64,000 bases of DNA. Origin: Octopus sinensis. Taxonomy: Eukaryota. Of this stretch, positions 12,894 to 24,613 are shown piece by piece. Position 1 is the stretch's first letter, and every line of letters begins with the position of its first letter. The position numbers and the translations under genes were made by a program. Below the pieces are notes generated by a model that saw only the letters and a list, made by a program, of their open reading frames with translations, was not told the DNA's origin and searched no databases. Location: positions 35,782 to 99,781 of the forward strand of contig NW_021832719.1 in assembly GCF_006345805.1 (NCBI RefSeq), read 5' to 3'.

Positions 12894-13293
12894 TATCCAT
12901 TTTTCATAAAGTTATGAAGAAACAAAATCGATGGAGCACATTTCTGTAGTTATGCCTCTATGCATAAATGAATAAATAAATTAATAAATAAAATGAGATC
13001 AGGGAAATAACTTAAGTGGACATGTAATTAATTAAAATAGATCAATGGATGACGTCAGCCAAAGAAATTGTAAGATTTCGCAGGGCGATTATTGAATTTA
13101 GAACATCACTTATAACGAAAGTGAAAGTAAATCTGTTTCATTATGTAAATTGTCTATTCCTCATCGTCTGCGATTAAGATATAATTAATACATCGGAAAT
13201 AAATTAGAAACAAGAAAAATTACATCAGATATGATAAAAATTTTGACCGTAAAAAAATACAACTTTAATCCAGTCAAAAAAATTAACATTAAA

Positions 13294-13683
13294 TCTTTAT
13301 ATATAAAAGTGAAGTTGTGTGTCTGTCTCCTACGATTTAGATTCCTAACTACTCCCACATTTTGCGGTGCAGTTTAACCAAAACCGGGTATCTTATAGTC
13401 GTGATTCATATCGAGCCCTTCTGGGTATTAGCGCGCGTCTACGATTTTAAAAATAATTTACCATCACTTTTTTTCCATTTTAATGCATTTTTTCGCTAGT
13501 ATATAAGGGAAGTAACTCTATAAAAATGTCTACGATGAGTCAACGATTTTTGAAAAAATTTACCATCATTTTTTTTTCCATTTTTAATGCATTTTTTTTG
13601 CTATGTTTTGGCTATAACTCTCTAAAAATGCTTATATAGTTATTTCTCTTACAAACCCGAGCAACGCCGGGCGATACTGCTAG
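13294..13683 (+). mobile_element. Non-autonomous Helitron (second subfamily)
   Basis: A|TCTTTATATATAAAAG start; CCCGAGCAACGCCGGG hairpin; CTAG|T end. Confidence 0.85.
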
Positions 13684-13721
13684 TGTGACATAAAACATTA
13701 TTTTATTTAATTCAACATATA

Positions 13722-14053
13722 GACGCAGGAGTGGTTGTGTGGTAAGTAGCTTGCTTATCAACCACATGGTTCCGGGTTCAGTCCCACTGCGTGGCACCTT
13801 GGGAAAGTGTCTTCTACTATAGCCTCGGGCCGACCTAAGCCTTGTGAGTGGATTTGGTAGACGGAAACTGAAAGAAGCCCGTCGTATATATGTACATGCG
13901 TATGTTTGTGTGTCTGTGTTTGTCTCCCCCAACAGTGCTTGACAACCGATGCTGGTGTGTTTATGTCCCCGTCACTTAGCGGTTCGGCATAAGTGACCGA
14001 TAGAATAAGTACTAGGCTTACAAAGAATAAGTCCTGGGGTCGATTTGCTCGAC
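13722..14053 (+). mobile_element. SINE family A, tail truncated
   Basis: Match to other copies. Confidence 0.85.
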
Positions 14054-14457
14054 AAACTCTGAGTAACAGCTTTTGTTATATTTCTGCTGCTTTTAAATAA
14101 CACATATTACTCTACCTCTGGTATTTGAGTACTCTTTTTTTCCACTTTGTTTTACATTTATGTGTTTACTCCAGTAATATATATACATGTGTGGGGCTCT
14201 TCATTGGGCCTTGAGGGGGGAATCAGTACAATTTTTTTCTGTCTAACCACTCTCTCTCTCTCTCTTTGTTGATTGCTTTCAACCATCACCAGTATCACCA
14301 CAACTGCCATACGCACACCATTCAGACTTCTGGCAGCACCAACATCAACACCTTTTGACTTCGCCGTCTTCCCCTCCACCACCATCATCATCATCACCTC
14401 TGCCTGTATCACAGCTACAGTTCATACTATTACTATCACCACATTACCATCTCAAGC

Positions 14458-14496
<39 letters not shown>

Positions 14497-14568
14497 GTGA
14501 AATAGAAAGATGAATAATCTTGTAGTAGATTAATCAAAAGTTTAACCGATACCTTAGTAGCAAAAATC

Positions 14569-15525
14569 ACGGGACTCAGTAAGCTAATATGGCGACTGAA
14601 GGATACGAACTTAAGCTACAGGCTGGAATGGTCAATTTTGTCGGTGGCCCTCCCATTTGATAGGGGCAGAAGGCAGTGCACCCTTTGTGTCTCCGAACTC
14701 TTCCATATTTTGTTGCCAGAGGCCGGATGGTAAACGGGCTTTTACAGTCGGCTTTTCGATTCCCCCATTGGCGGCGTTACACTTATCTGGCTTTTAAATA
14801 GCGTTTTAAAATAATACCGGCACCCATAGCCCTTGGTAACAAATTCTGAAGTAGCCTTTAAGATATCTACGATTAACCACTGCAAGGGGAATTACTCCTG
14901 TTAGACAAACGGGGCTTGTTTTTTCACAGCGGGGGGTTTCCTTGACAAGGCAGGCTTAGATGAACAACACACACATAAAACATAATATATATATTTTTTT
15001 TTCTGCCACCCACGGTTCTCGCGGCAGTAGCCACTGACAGCCGAACGATCAAACGCACACACGTACACAAAAAATGTTTTCTACCCCTACGCCAACACAC
15101 ACATATATAGAACAGTATACACACCACACGTCTCTAAGTAGATTTTTTCTCGCCCCTTATAAAACATCCAATATTCCTTAAATAGTCAGAACTTTATTCT
15201 CGGTCACAAAGAACACCCACACACCCTCACCCACATGATTGACCGATGCCTGACCCGTTAAATTCTTCAGCCACCGGTTCTCAACATACACTGATAAACA
15301 GTTTCGCCATGGGCTCTTAGGAGCATAGTTCGATTTGTTTTTGCTCTGCCTCTGTTCTGTTTTTGTTTTTCCAACGGATTTCCTATTTTCTTCCTGAAGA
15401 GAAAGACACAATATGGTCCCATTATTCAATCGGATTTTGGTAATTTGTGCCTTTCGAAACACGTGTAGAATGAAATAAAACGATTTCTGTTCAATCTGCA
15501 TTCAGCTCCATTTCTTCAATTCACC
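14569..15525 (+). mobile_element. Penelope-like element 3' fragment (GIY-YIG C-terminus 14569-14801 plus terminal repeat)
   Basis: TGLSKLIWRLKDTNLSYRLEWSILSVALPFDRGRRQCTLCVSELFHIL aligns with the endonuclease at 58.8k; one frameshift then ARGRMVNG..FPHW; ends TTCAGCTCCATTTCTT like 59675. Confidence 0.85.
15385..15476 (+). ncRNA. Type I hammerhead ribozyme
   Basis: Stem I ATTTTCTTC/GAATGAAAT, CTGAAGA, stem II GAAAGACACAA/TTGTGCCTTTC, GAAA, C-ACGT-G, GUA cleavage triplet. Confidence 0.85.
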
Positions 15526-15818
15526 AATAATGTTTTATATATATATATATATAATGGTGGAGCTTGGTTTCTTTACGTGTCCCTAACGTAGTGGTTCGGC
15601 TTTAAAAAAAGTACTAGACTTTAAAAAAGTTAATTACTGGTATCTTTTGATCCACTATAAACCCTGTTACACATTTTCGTCACCATTTTCCCCACCGGGT
15701 GCGGATCTAGATATTAACCACCCTTCAAGGCAGTGCTTCAGCATGGCCACAGTCTAAAGACCGAAACAACAAGAAAAGATAAAAGATAGATTTAAAAAAC
15801 CAGGCCTGCATAAATAAA

Positions 15819-15902
<84 letters not shown>

Positions 15903-16384
15903 CGAAATCAAAGTATTTCACATAACTGAAACTGATGTTGTAAGCTCAATGGTCGCCCATTTTATTTTAAGTATCAAAGAAGACGAAGAAACAAATTCGA
16001 CGAATGAATCGTTATTTTCTGGTTACTAAAACTCGGTATTAAAATAAAATTGAAAGAAAGTTTTGCCTTGGACCTAAACGAATTTTATTTCTTCAAACTA
16101 AACGTTTATTTCGAGAGTGTTTGGGTATTTTAGAAGTAGCAGACGTTTTCAGACAGAAAGCGAGAATGATTGAGGAAGCCATGACACTGCTTACATGATT
16201 GATTGTCCTCAATATATTTTCTCCATGACAACTGGTCTTTGAAAGAATCATTAAGATTGTTGCATCGTTTGGATTAATTAATTAATAATTCAATGAGGTT
16301 GCTTTATAAATAAGTTATTGTGTTTGGTGAATCACCAGACATGTTCTAACGGAAAAGAAAAAAAACTTGCACTTATATTCTTTT

Positions 16385-16840
16385 ATTCTTTTTTTTACTC
16401 GTTTCAGTCATTTGACTGCGGCCATGCTGGAGCATCACCTTACTCTTTTACTTGTTTCAGTCATTTGACTGCGGCCATGCTGGAGCACCGCCTTTAGTCG
16501 AGCAAATCGACCCCGGGACTTATTCTTTGTAAGCCCAGTACTTATTCTATCGGTCTCTTTTGCCGAACCGCTAAGTGAAGTGGACGTAAACACACCAGCA
16601 TCGGTTGTCAAGCAATGCTAGGGGGACAAACACAGACACAAACATATACACACACACACTTATATATACATATATACGACAGGCTTCTTTCAGTTTCCGT
16701 CTACCAAATCCACTCACAAGGCATTGGTCGGCCCGGGGCTATAGCAGAAGACACTTGCCCAAGATGCCACGCAGTGGGACTGAACCCGGAACCATGTGGT
16801 TGGTTAGCAAGCTACTTACCACACAGCCACTCCTGCGCCT
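16385..16840 (-). mobile_element. SINE family A with duplicated tail
   Basis: Match to other copies. Confidence 0.9.
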
Positions 16841-16896
16841 TAGGTTTTTTTTTGTTTTTTTTAGTCGACGAAATCGACTCAAGGATTTATTTTTGG

Positions 16897-17316
16897 GGAT
16901 CTTTTCGGTTCGAATGGCAGTTTTTTAAAATAATTTCCACGTAACTAAACCCTTTTAAACTCCATATTCTGGTAGAATGTGTTTATAAAACATCTTTTTC
17001 TCTTGGCTTTATTGAGAAAATTCTATGGTTTGTAAGATATTTGTTGTTGTTTTTTCTTCAATTTCTGCAATTTCAACCAATCAATGACGTCTATTGAGGT
17101 AAAAAAAACATTCTGTGCCGTATGAATATGTCCCTCATTTAAGAAACAGATTGGGTTTATTTACATTTCTAAAGAAAAAAAGATACCTTCCCCCCACCAC
17201 TAACCCCAACCCTAAAACAGATTGAAATGCAATAGATCGATACTAGGGTCATAATTATGGATGACAATTTCATATGACACCGCTAGAAAAAACTGCCGTT
17301 CAAACCGAAAAGATCC
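16897..17316. mobile_element. 420-bp MITE, TIR GGATCTTTTCGGTTYGAAYGGCAGTTTTT
   Basis: About 29-bp TIRs at both ends; further copies at 61359 and 61623. Confidence 0.85.
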
Positions 17317-17334
17317 GGATTTTTTTTTTTTTTT

Positions 17335-18388
17335 AGTCGACGAAATCGACTCCAGGACTTATTTTTTGTAAGCTTAGTATTTATTCTATCGGTCTCTTTT
17401 GCCGAACCGCTAAGTTACAGGGACGTAAACACACCAGCATCGGTTGTCAAGCGATGTTGGAGGGACAAACAGACACAGAAACATATATGCACACATACAC
17501 ATATATACATATATACGATGGGCTTCTTTCAGTTTCCATCTACCAAATCCACTCACAAGGCTTTAGTCGGCCCGAGGCTATAGTAGAAGACACTTGCCCA
17601 AGGTTCCACGCAGTGGGACTGAACTCGGAACCATGTGGTTGATAAGCAAACTACTTACCACACAGCCACTCCTACATTTATACATACATATATATGACGG
17701 GCTTCTTTCAGTTTCCGTCTACCAAATCCACTCACAAGGCTTTGGTCGGCCCGAGTCTATAGTAGAAGACACTTGCCTAAGGTGCCACGCAGTGGGACTG
17801 AACCCGGAACCATGTGGTTGGTAAACAAGCTACTTACCACACAGCCACTCCTACATATATATGACGGGCTTCTTTCAGTTTCCGTCTACCAAATCTTCAG
17901 TGGGACTGAACCCGGAACCATGTGGTTGGTAAGCAAGCTACTTTCCCACAGCCACTCCTACATATATATGACGGGCTTCTTTCAGTTTCCGTCTACCAAA
18001 TCTTCAGTGGGACTGAACCCGGAACCATGTGGTTGGTAAGCAAGCTACTTTCCACACAGCCACTCCTACATATATATGACGGGCTTCTTTCAGTTTCCGT
18101 CTACCAAATCTTCAGTGGGACTGAACCCGGAACCATGTGGTTGGTAAGCAAGCTACTTTCCCACAGCCACTCCTACATATATATGACGGGCTTCTTTCAG
18201 TTTCCGTCTACCAAATCTTCAGTGGGACTGAACCCGGAACCATGTGGTTGGTAAGCAAGCTACTTTCCACACAGCCACTCCTACATATATATGACGGGCT
18301 TCTTTCAGTTTCCGTCTACCAAATCTTCAGTGGGACTGAACCCGGAACCATGTGGTTGGTAAGCAAGCTACTTACCACACAGCTACTC
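17335..18388 (-). repeat. SINE A followed by a tandem array of heads (2 intact, 5 internally deleted 107/108-bp units)
   Basis: Repeated unit with the junction CCAAATC|TTCAGTGGG. Confidence 0.9.
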
Positions 18389-18539
18389 TACCACGTTGGA
18401 GATTATATTTCTTTGTTAGAAACCGATTCCGAACTTCTCGGAAAAAGTGAACAAGGAAGTCAGAGCTTACATAATGCATACAAACATATATATACATAGA
18501 CACATCCATACACACACACATACCTATATATACACACAT

Positions 18540-18772
18540 AAGGCGGCGAGCTGGCAGAAACGTTAGCACGCCGGGCGAAATGCGTGGCCGTATTTCATCT
18601 GCCGTTACGTTCTGAGTTCAAATGCCGCCGAGGTCGACTTTGCCTTTCATCCTTTCGGGGTCGATAAATTAAGTACCAGTTGCGCACTGGGGTCGATGTA
18701 ATCGACTTAATCCCCTTTGTCTGTCCTTGTTTGTCCTCTCTGTGTTTAGCCCCTTGTGGGTAGTAAAGAAAT
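18540..18772 (+). mobile_element. SINE family B, full length
   Basis: AAGGCGGCGAGCTGGCAGAAACGTTAG...GGGTAGTAAAGAAAT. Confidence 0.9.
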
Positions 18773-18934
18773 ATATATATACACACATACATACATACAT
18801 GACCTACTTTTCTTCCTTCCTTCCTTTCCATATATTTTGGTTATCTTGAGACAGTATGATTGGCTGTGATTCCAGAGGGATTTAGTGGCTATTTCTATCC
18901 AGGCATGTGACTAGAGGTTTGGCTTGTTATCAAG

Positions 18935-19320
18935 TGTTTGTGTGTGTGTGTTGGTTTGTTTGTGTGTCTAGGTGCGTTTTATGTGTGTGTGTGTGTGTGT
19001 GTATTGTGTGTGTGTGTGTGTGTCTGTGTGTGTGTGTATTGTGTGTGTGTGTGTGTGTCTGTGTGTGTGTGTGTATTTGTGTGTGTTTGTGTGTGTCTGT
19101 GTGTGTTTGTGTTTGTGTGCGTGTGTATGTGTGTCTGTGTATTTGTGTGTGTTTGTGTGTGTATGTGCATGTGTGTGTGTATTTGTGTGTGTTTGTGTGT
19201 GTCTGTGTGTGTGTGTATTTGTGTGTGTCTGTGTGTGTCTGTGTGTGTGTGTATTTGTGTGTGTTTATGTGTGTCTGTGTGTGTGTGTATTTGTGTGTGT
19301 GTCTGTGTGTGTTTGCTTTT
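18935..19320. repeat. (TG)n-rich microsatellite
   Basis: Direct inspection. Confidence 0.9.
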
Positions 19321-19469
19321 ATTTTTTATTTTTTCATTTTACCTAGTTTCAGCTCACGAGCTGTGGCCATGCTGGGGCACCGCCATTCGGTGTTGCTACA
19401 TGATTTTACTTCACGAATGCTTTTTAGCAATTGACATTTGGTGCATGAGATATTGTGTGTGTGTGTGTG

Positions 19470-20250
19470 TGTCTGTATCTGTGTGTTTGTGTGTGTGTAT
19501 ATATATTTAAAGACTCCGCCGGTTACGACGACGAGGGTCCCAGTTGATACGATCAACGGAACAGCTTGCTCGTGAAATTAACGTGCAAATGGCTGAGCAT
19601 TCCACAGACACGTGTACCCTTAACGTAGTTCTCGGGGAAAATCAGCGTGACACAGAGAGTGACAAGGCTGACCCTTTGAAATACAAGTACAACTCATTTT
19701 TGCCAGCTGAGTGGACTGGAGCAACGTGAAATAAGTGGTATATATATATGTGTGCTTGCATGTACATGACAATGTGAGTATATTTGTGTATGAGAGTATG
19801 TATGTATTTGTATACAAGAGAACGGTCGCATGCAGGCAAATATGTGTGTGTGTGTGTTGTGTGTGTGTCTGTGTGTGTGTGTGTGTGTATATATATTTAA
19901 AGACTCCGCCGGTTACGACGACGAGGGTCCAGTTGATACGATCAACGGAACAGCTTGCTCGTGAAATTAACGTGCAAATGGCTGAGCATTCCACAGACAC
20001 GTGTACCCTTAACGTAGTTCTCGGGGAAAATCAGCGTGACACAGAGAGTGACAAGGCTGACCCTTTGAAATACAAGTACAACTCATTTTTGCCAGCTGAG
20101 TGGACTGGAGCAACGTGAAATAAAGTGGTATATATATATGTGTGCTTGCATGTACATGACAATGTGAGTATATTTGTGTATGAGAGTATGTATGTATTTG
20201 TATACAAGAGAACGGTCGCATGCAGGCAAATATGTGTGTGTGTGTGTTCA
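19470..20250. repeat. 389-bp tandem duplication containing a SINE C tail (minus strand)
   Basis: TATTTAAAGACTCCGCCGGTTACGACG...GCAGGCAAATATG present twice; identical ORF ends at 19729 and 20118. Confidence 0.9.
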
Positions 20251-20322
20251 GGTAGCCCACAATTCATGGTTTACCATTGAATATATACAAACATTAAATG
20301 GTATGTTGAATATATATATATA

Positions 20323-20450
20323 TATAATCAAAATAAGCAACAAGAATAACTCCGGTAATTTGGTACGATCATTTCGTACTACGAAATAATGTAGTACGAA
20401 ACGATCGTACCAAATTACCGGAGTCATTCTTGTTGCTTATTTTGATTATA
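20323..20450. repeat. Near-perfect 128-bp palindrome (60-bp arms, 8-nt loop, 2 mismatches)
   Basis: 20323-20382 versus 20391-20450. Confidence 0.95.
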
Positions 20451-20747
20451 ATCACCCCACAAATTTTTATGGATAACACCATACAGAATTCTGGTGCATC
20501 TAAATTAAGTACCATATTCATTTGAATCTAAATTTTTTGCTGAACTTATATATATATAGGATGCCCTTCCTAACACCAACCACTCCATGGGTGTAGTGGG
20601 TGCTTTTTATGTGCCACTGGCACAGGGGCCAGAGGAGGCTTGCAATGACCATGATTGGCTGGTGCTTTTTACGTGCCACTGGCACTGGGATCACAACTAC
20701 AATTTTCATATGATTTTCAATATGTTTGTGTAGATGTGTGTATAGCT

Positions 20748-21126
20748 GCAGGAGTGGATGTGTGGTAAGTAGCTTGCTTACCAACCACATGGCTCCAGGT
20801 TCAGTCCTACTGCGTGGCACCTTGGGTAAGTGTCTTCTACTATAGCCTCGGGGACGACCAAAGCCTTGTGAGTGGATTTGGTAGACGGAAACTGAAAGAA
20901 GCCCATCGTATATATGTATATATATATATATGTATTTGTGTGTATATGTTTGTGTGTCTGTGTTGACAACCGATGCTGGTGTGTATACGTCCCCGTAACT
21001 TAGCGGTTCGACAAAAGAGACCGATAGAATAAGTACTGGGCTTACAAAGATGTCCTGGGGTCGATTTTCTCGACTAAAGGCGGTGCTCCAGCATGGCCAC
21101 AGACAAATGACTGAAACAAGTAAAAG
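20748..21126 (+). mobile_element. SINE family A
   Basis: Match to other copies. Confidence 0.85.
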
Positions 21127-21399
21127 ATTAACAAACAGATAGAATATGGATGGGACATCAAATTAATACACTTATCAACGTTATCTAGTGGTTGTCTTTT
21201 GAGATCGGTCATCGTCTGTTACTGAAAGGATGCTGGTTCACAGGTACAAACATTCATGTACCTCCCTTGTACATGCACACACATGATTGTTCACCATCTC
21301 ACTTCCATTGCACACACACACACACACACACGAATTCACATACCTCCCTTTTACATACACACACACATATTCACACAAAGTTGAAATGCTGTTTGATTA

Positions 21400-22040
21400 C
21401 TTTCTTGTACTTGTGGCAACATTCACCCTGGGCAGGTTGAGTCGGCTTCTTCCACCACCCTCGAGGCATCTCGAACAATGGCAGTGGAAGAAGTTTCGTG
21501 GGAATATGAATTTCACAAGCGGTCCCCAACAGTCCCGCATGTAGAGACATCCTGTCTGCTGCAGGTTGTCCGCAGACGCAGGGACAGAACGACCAAGGAG
21601 CCGCCGGTTGCCGAAACAGACACTCCAAGGATTTTCACCAGAGCCCCGTCTGCCGGGTTGTGGCCCCAATACCACTTGATGTTAGACCAATCCACCTTGG
21701 GTGGCCCTACCAGGAACCGAAGTTCCCGACGGCATAGCTTTGACACTACCCGTTGCCAGCGTCCCCACCGCACTTTCTGTCTCTCCCTCATCTTTTCCCT
21801 CTCTCGTGGGAATATGTGGATTTCATAAGTGGTCCCCAACAATCCTGCATGTAGAGACCTCCTGTCTGCCGCAGGTTGTCCGCAGACGCAGGGACAGAAC
21901 GACCGAGGAGCCGCCGGTTGCCGGGTTGTGGCCCTAATACCACTCGGTGTCAGACCAATCTGCCTCGGGTGGCCCTACCAGGAACCGAAGTTCCCGATGG
22001 CATAGCTTTGACACTACCCGTTGCCAGCGTCCCCACCACG
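21400..22040 (-). mobile_element. Probable RTE-type LINE 3' end with partial tandem duplication
   Basis: Minus strand ends GGGTGAATGTTGCCACAAGTACAAG (CAAGTA-type tail); second copy at 45265-45625. Confidence 0.6.
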
Positions 22041-22149
22041 GTGAGGAGGGGATGCCATTTTGCCATCACGCCTTCCTTCCTTATTCATCCATCACCCCTT
22101 CCTTTCTCATTCATATGTTGTGACAGAGAAAAACACAAGAGTATTTTTA

Positions 22150-23067
22150 TACTCTTTTACTTGTTTCAGTCATTTGATTGTGGCCATGCTGGAGCACCGC
22201 CTTTAATCAAGCAACTCGACACCGGGACTTATTCTTTTGTAAGCCCAGTACTTATTCTATCGGTCTCTTTTGCTGAACCGCTAAGTAACGGGGACATAAA
22301 CACACCAGCATCGGTTGTCAAGCAATGCTAGGGGGACAAACACTTATATATACACATATATACGACAGGCTTCTTTCAGTTTCCGTCAACCAAATCCACT
22401 CACAAGTCTTTGGTCGGCCCAAGGCTATAGTAAAAGACACTTGCCCAAGGTGCCACACAGTGGGACTGAACCCGGAGCCATGTGGTTGGTAAACAAGCTA
22501 CTTACCACACAGCCACTCCTGCACTTATATATATACATATATACGACAGGCTTCTTTCAGTTTCCGTCAACCAAATCCACTCACAAGGCATTGGTCGGCC
22601 CGGGGCTATAGCAGAAGACACTTGCCCAAGATGCCACGCAGTGGGACTGAACCCGGAGCCATGTGGTTGGTAAACAAGCTACTTACCACACAGCCACTCC
22701 TGCACTTATATATATACATATATACGACAGGCTTCTTTCAGTTTCCGTCAACCAAATCCACTCACAAGGCATTGGTCGGTCCGGGGCTATAGCAGAAGAC
22801 ACTTGCCCAAGGTGCCACACAGTGAGACTGAACCCGGAGCCATGTGGTTGGTAAACAAGCTACTTACCACACAGCCACTCCTGCACTTATATATATACAT
22901 ATATACGACAGGCTTCTTTCAGTTTCCGTCAACCAAATCCACTCACAAGGCATTGGTCGGCCCGGGGCTATAGCAGAAGACACTTGCCCAAGATGCCACG
23001 CAGTGGGACTGAACCCGGAGCCATGTGGTTGGTAAACAAGCTACTTACCACACAGCCACTCCTGCGC
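22150..23067 (-). repeat. SINE A with four tandem heads, period 181 bp
   Basis: Near-identical ORFs at 22482, 22663 and 22844. Confidence 0.95.
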
Positions 23068-23400
23068 TTTAGATTATATTTTATTTTTATATTACAGATC
23101 ACAATATGTTGGAGACTGTAAAGACAACCCCAAAATGCTTGACCATCACAACAGTGGAATCCCAGTCAAAGAATCTTTATAAATAAGGAACTCACAAAAC
23201 AGCGTAACTTAACAGTGGGGTTTTTTTTGTGTTTTTTATTTTTTCTGTTCATCTCGCAAATTCTGTCTGTGTAGGCCCCTGTGACTTAGTCTACATTTGC
23301 TCTGCATAGACATATTAAACCCCTTTTTGGAATCAGAATGACACCAGATTGAAAATCTGCCCTTCATTTGGTTCCTGAACATCCAGTATTAGGATCTGCT

Positions 23401-24136
23401 TTAACCCTTTTGTTACCAACCCAACTGAAACAGCCTCTGGTTCTGTAGTACAAATGTCATGTTTTCATAAGTTCTGAATTAAAATCTTCCACCAAACCTT
23501 AGTCACAATTTATGTTCCTAACACTAGCTTAATGATAACTAAGTTATTTTACTAAAGTCTTTGTTATATTTAACCCTTTTGATACCAACCCAACTGAAAC
23601 AGCCTCTGGTTCTGTAGTACAAATGTCTTGTTTTCATAAGTTCTGAATTAAAATCTTCCACCAAACCTTAGTCACAATTTATGTTCCTAACACTAGCTTA
23701 ATGATAACTAAGTTATTTTACTAAAGTCTTTGTTATATTTAACCCTTTTGATACCAACCCAACTGAAACAGCCTCTGGTTCTGTAGTACAAATGTCTTGT
23801 TTTCATAAGTTTTGAATTAAAATCTTCCACCAAACCTTAGTCACAATTTATGTTCCTAACACTAGCTTAATGATAACTAAGTTATTTTACTAAAGTCTTT
23901 GTTATATTTAACCCTTTTGATACCAACCCAACTGAAACAGCCTCTGGTTCTGTAGTACAAATGTCTTGTTTTCATAAGTTTTGAATTAAAATCTTCCACC
24001 AAATCTTAGTCACAATTAATGTTCTTAACACTAGCTCAATGATAACTAAGTTATTTTACTAAATTCTTTGTTATATTTAAAATAATTGGAAGAATGACAG
24101 AGCATCTCAAACTAAATACAGTAACGAAAGGGTTAA
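23401..24136 (+). mobile_element. TTAA-flanked (piggyBac-like) MITE concatemer, period 169 bp
   Basis: TTAACCCTTTT starts at 23401, 23570, 23739 and 23908; only the last unit ends in AAAGGGTTAA. Confidence 0.8.
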
Positions 24137-24159
24137 AAGCATTTGGCTTGCTATTTCTA

Positions 24160-24365
24160 GCAGGTGAAACTTGGATGATTCATACCATCTTGGTTGGCGT
24201 TTGTCCGATGGTTTCGATTCCTGGACCGGACGACGCGTTGTGTTCTTGAGCAAAACACTTCATTTCACGTTGCTCCAGTCCACTTGGTTGGCAAAAATGA
24301 GTAACGCTGCGATAGACTGGCGTCCCGTCCAGCTGGGGAACACATATGCCATGAACAAGGCTAGG
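24160..24365 (+). mobile_element. Older, decayed SINE
   Basis: GGTTTCGATTCC B-box followed by a GTGTTCTTGAGCAAAACACTT core-like segment. Confidence 0.6.
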
Positions 24366-24613
24366 CTTTAAAAGGGCGCATTTATTATTTATTTTATATA
24401 TATATGTATGTCATGAAGTATATTTGCCACCTAAATGTGGCTGACCCATATGGGATGATGCTAATGTAGTTTATATCTTGCTTAGAGATTTATTATTGCT
24501 TATATATATGTGTGTGTAAATGCATATATTGTAAGTTTGTTTACACACACACACACACACATACATACACACATATACATATGTATTCACACACCGCATT
24601 GTTTCAAGCGGCT

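Noticed and set aside
14273-14460. Thr/Ile or Pro/Ser/Gln-rich open frames
   Set aside because: Low-complexity CAC/CAT sequence with no splice-site pair or homology recognised
18540-18640. tRNA-like sequences at SINE heads
   Set aside because: A/B boxes are present but there is no full cloverleaf and they continue into SINE bodies; not tRNA genes
23100-23210. Possible GIY-YIG C-terminal relic (DNPKMLD...KESL*IR)
   Set aside because: Too short and degenerate to support without a profile search
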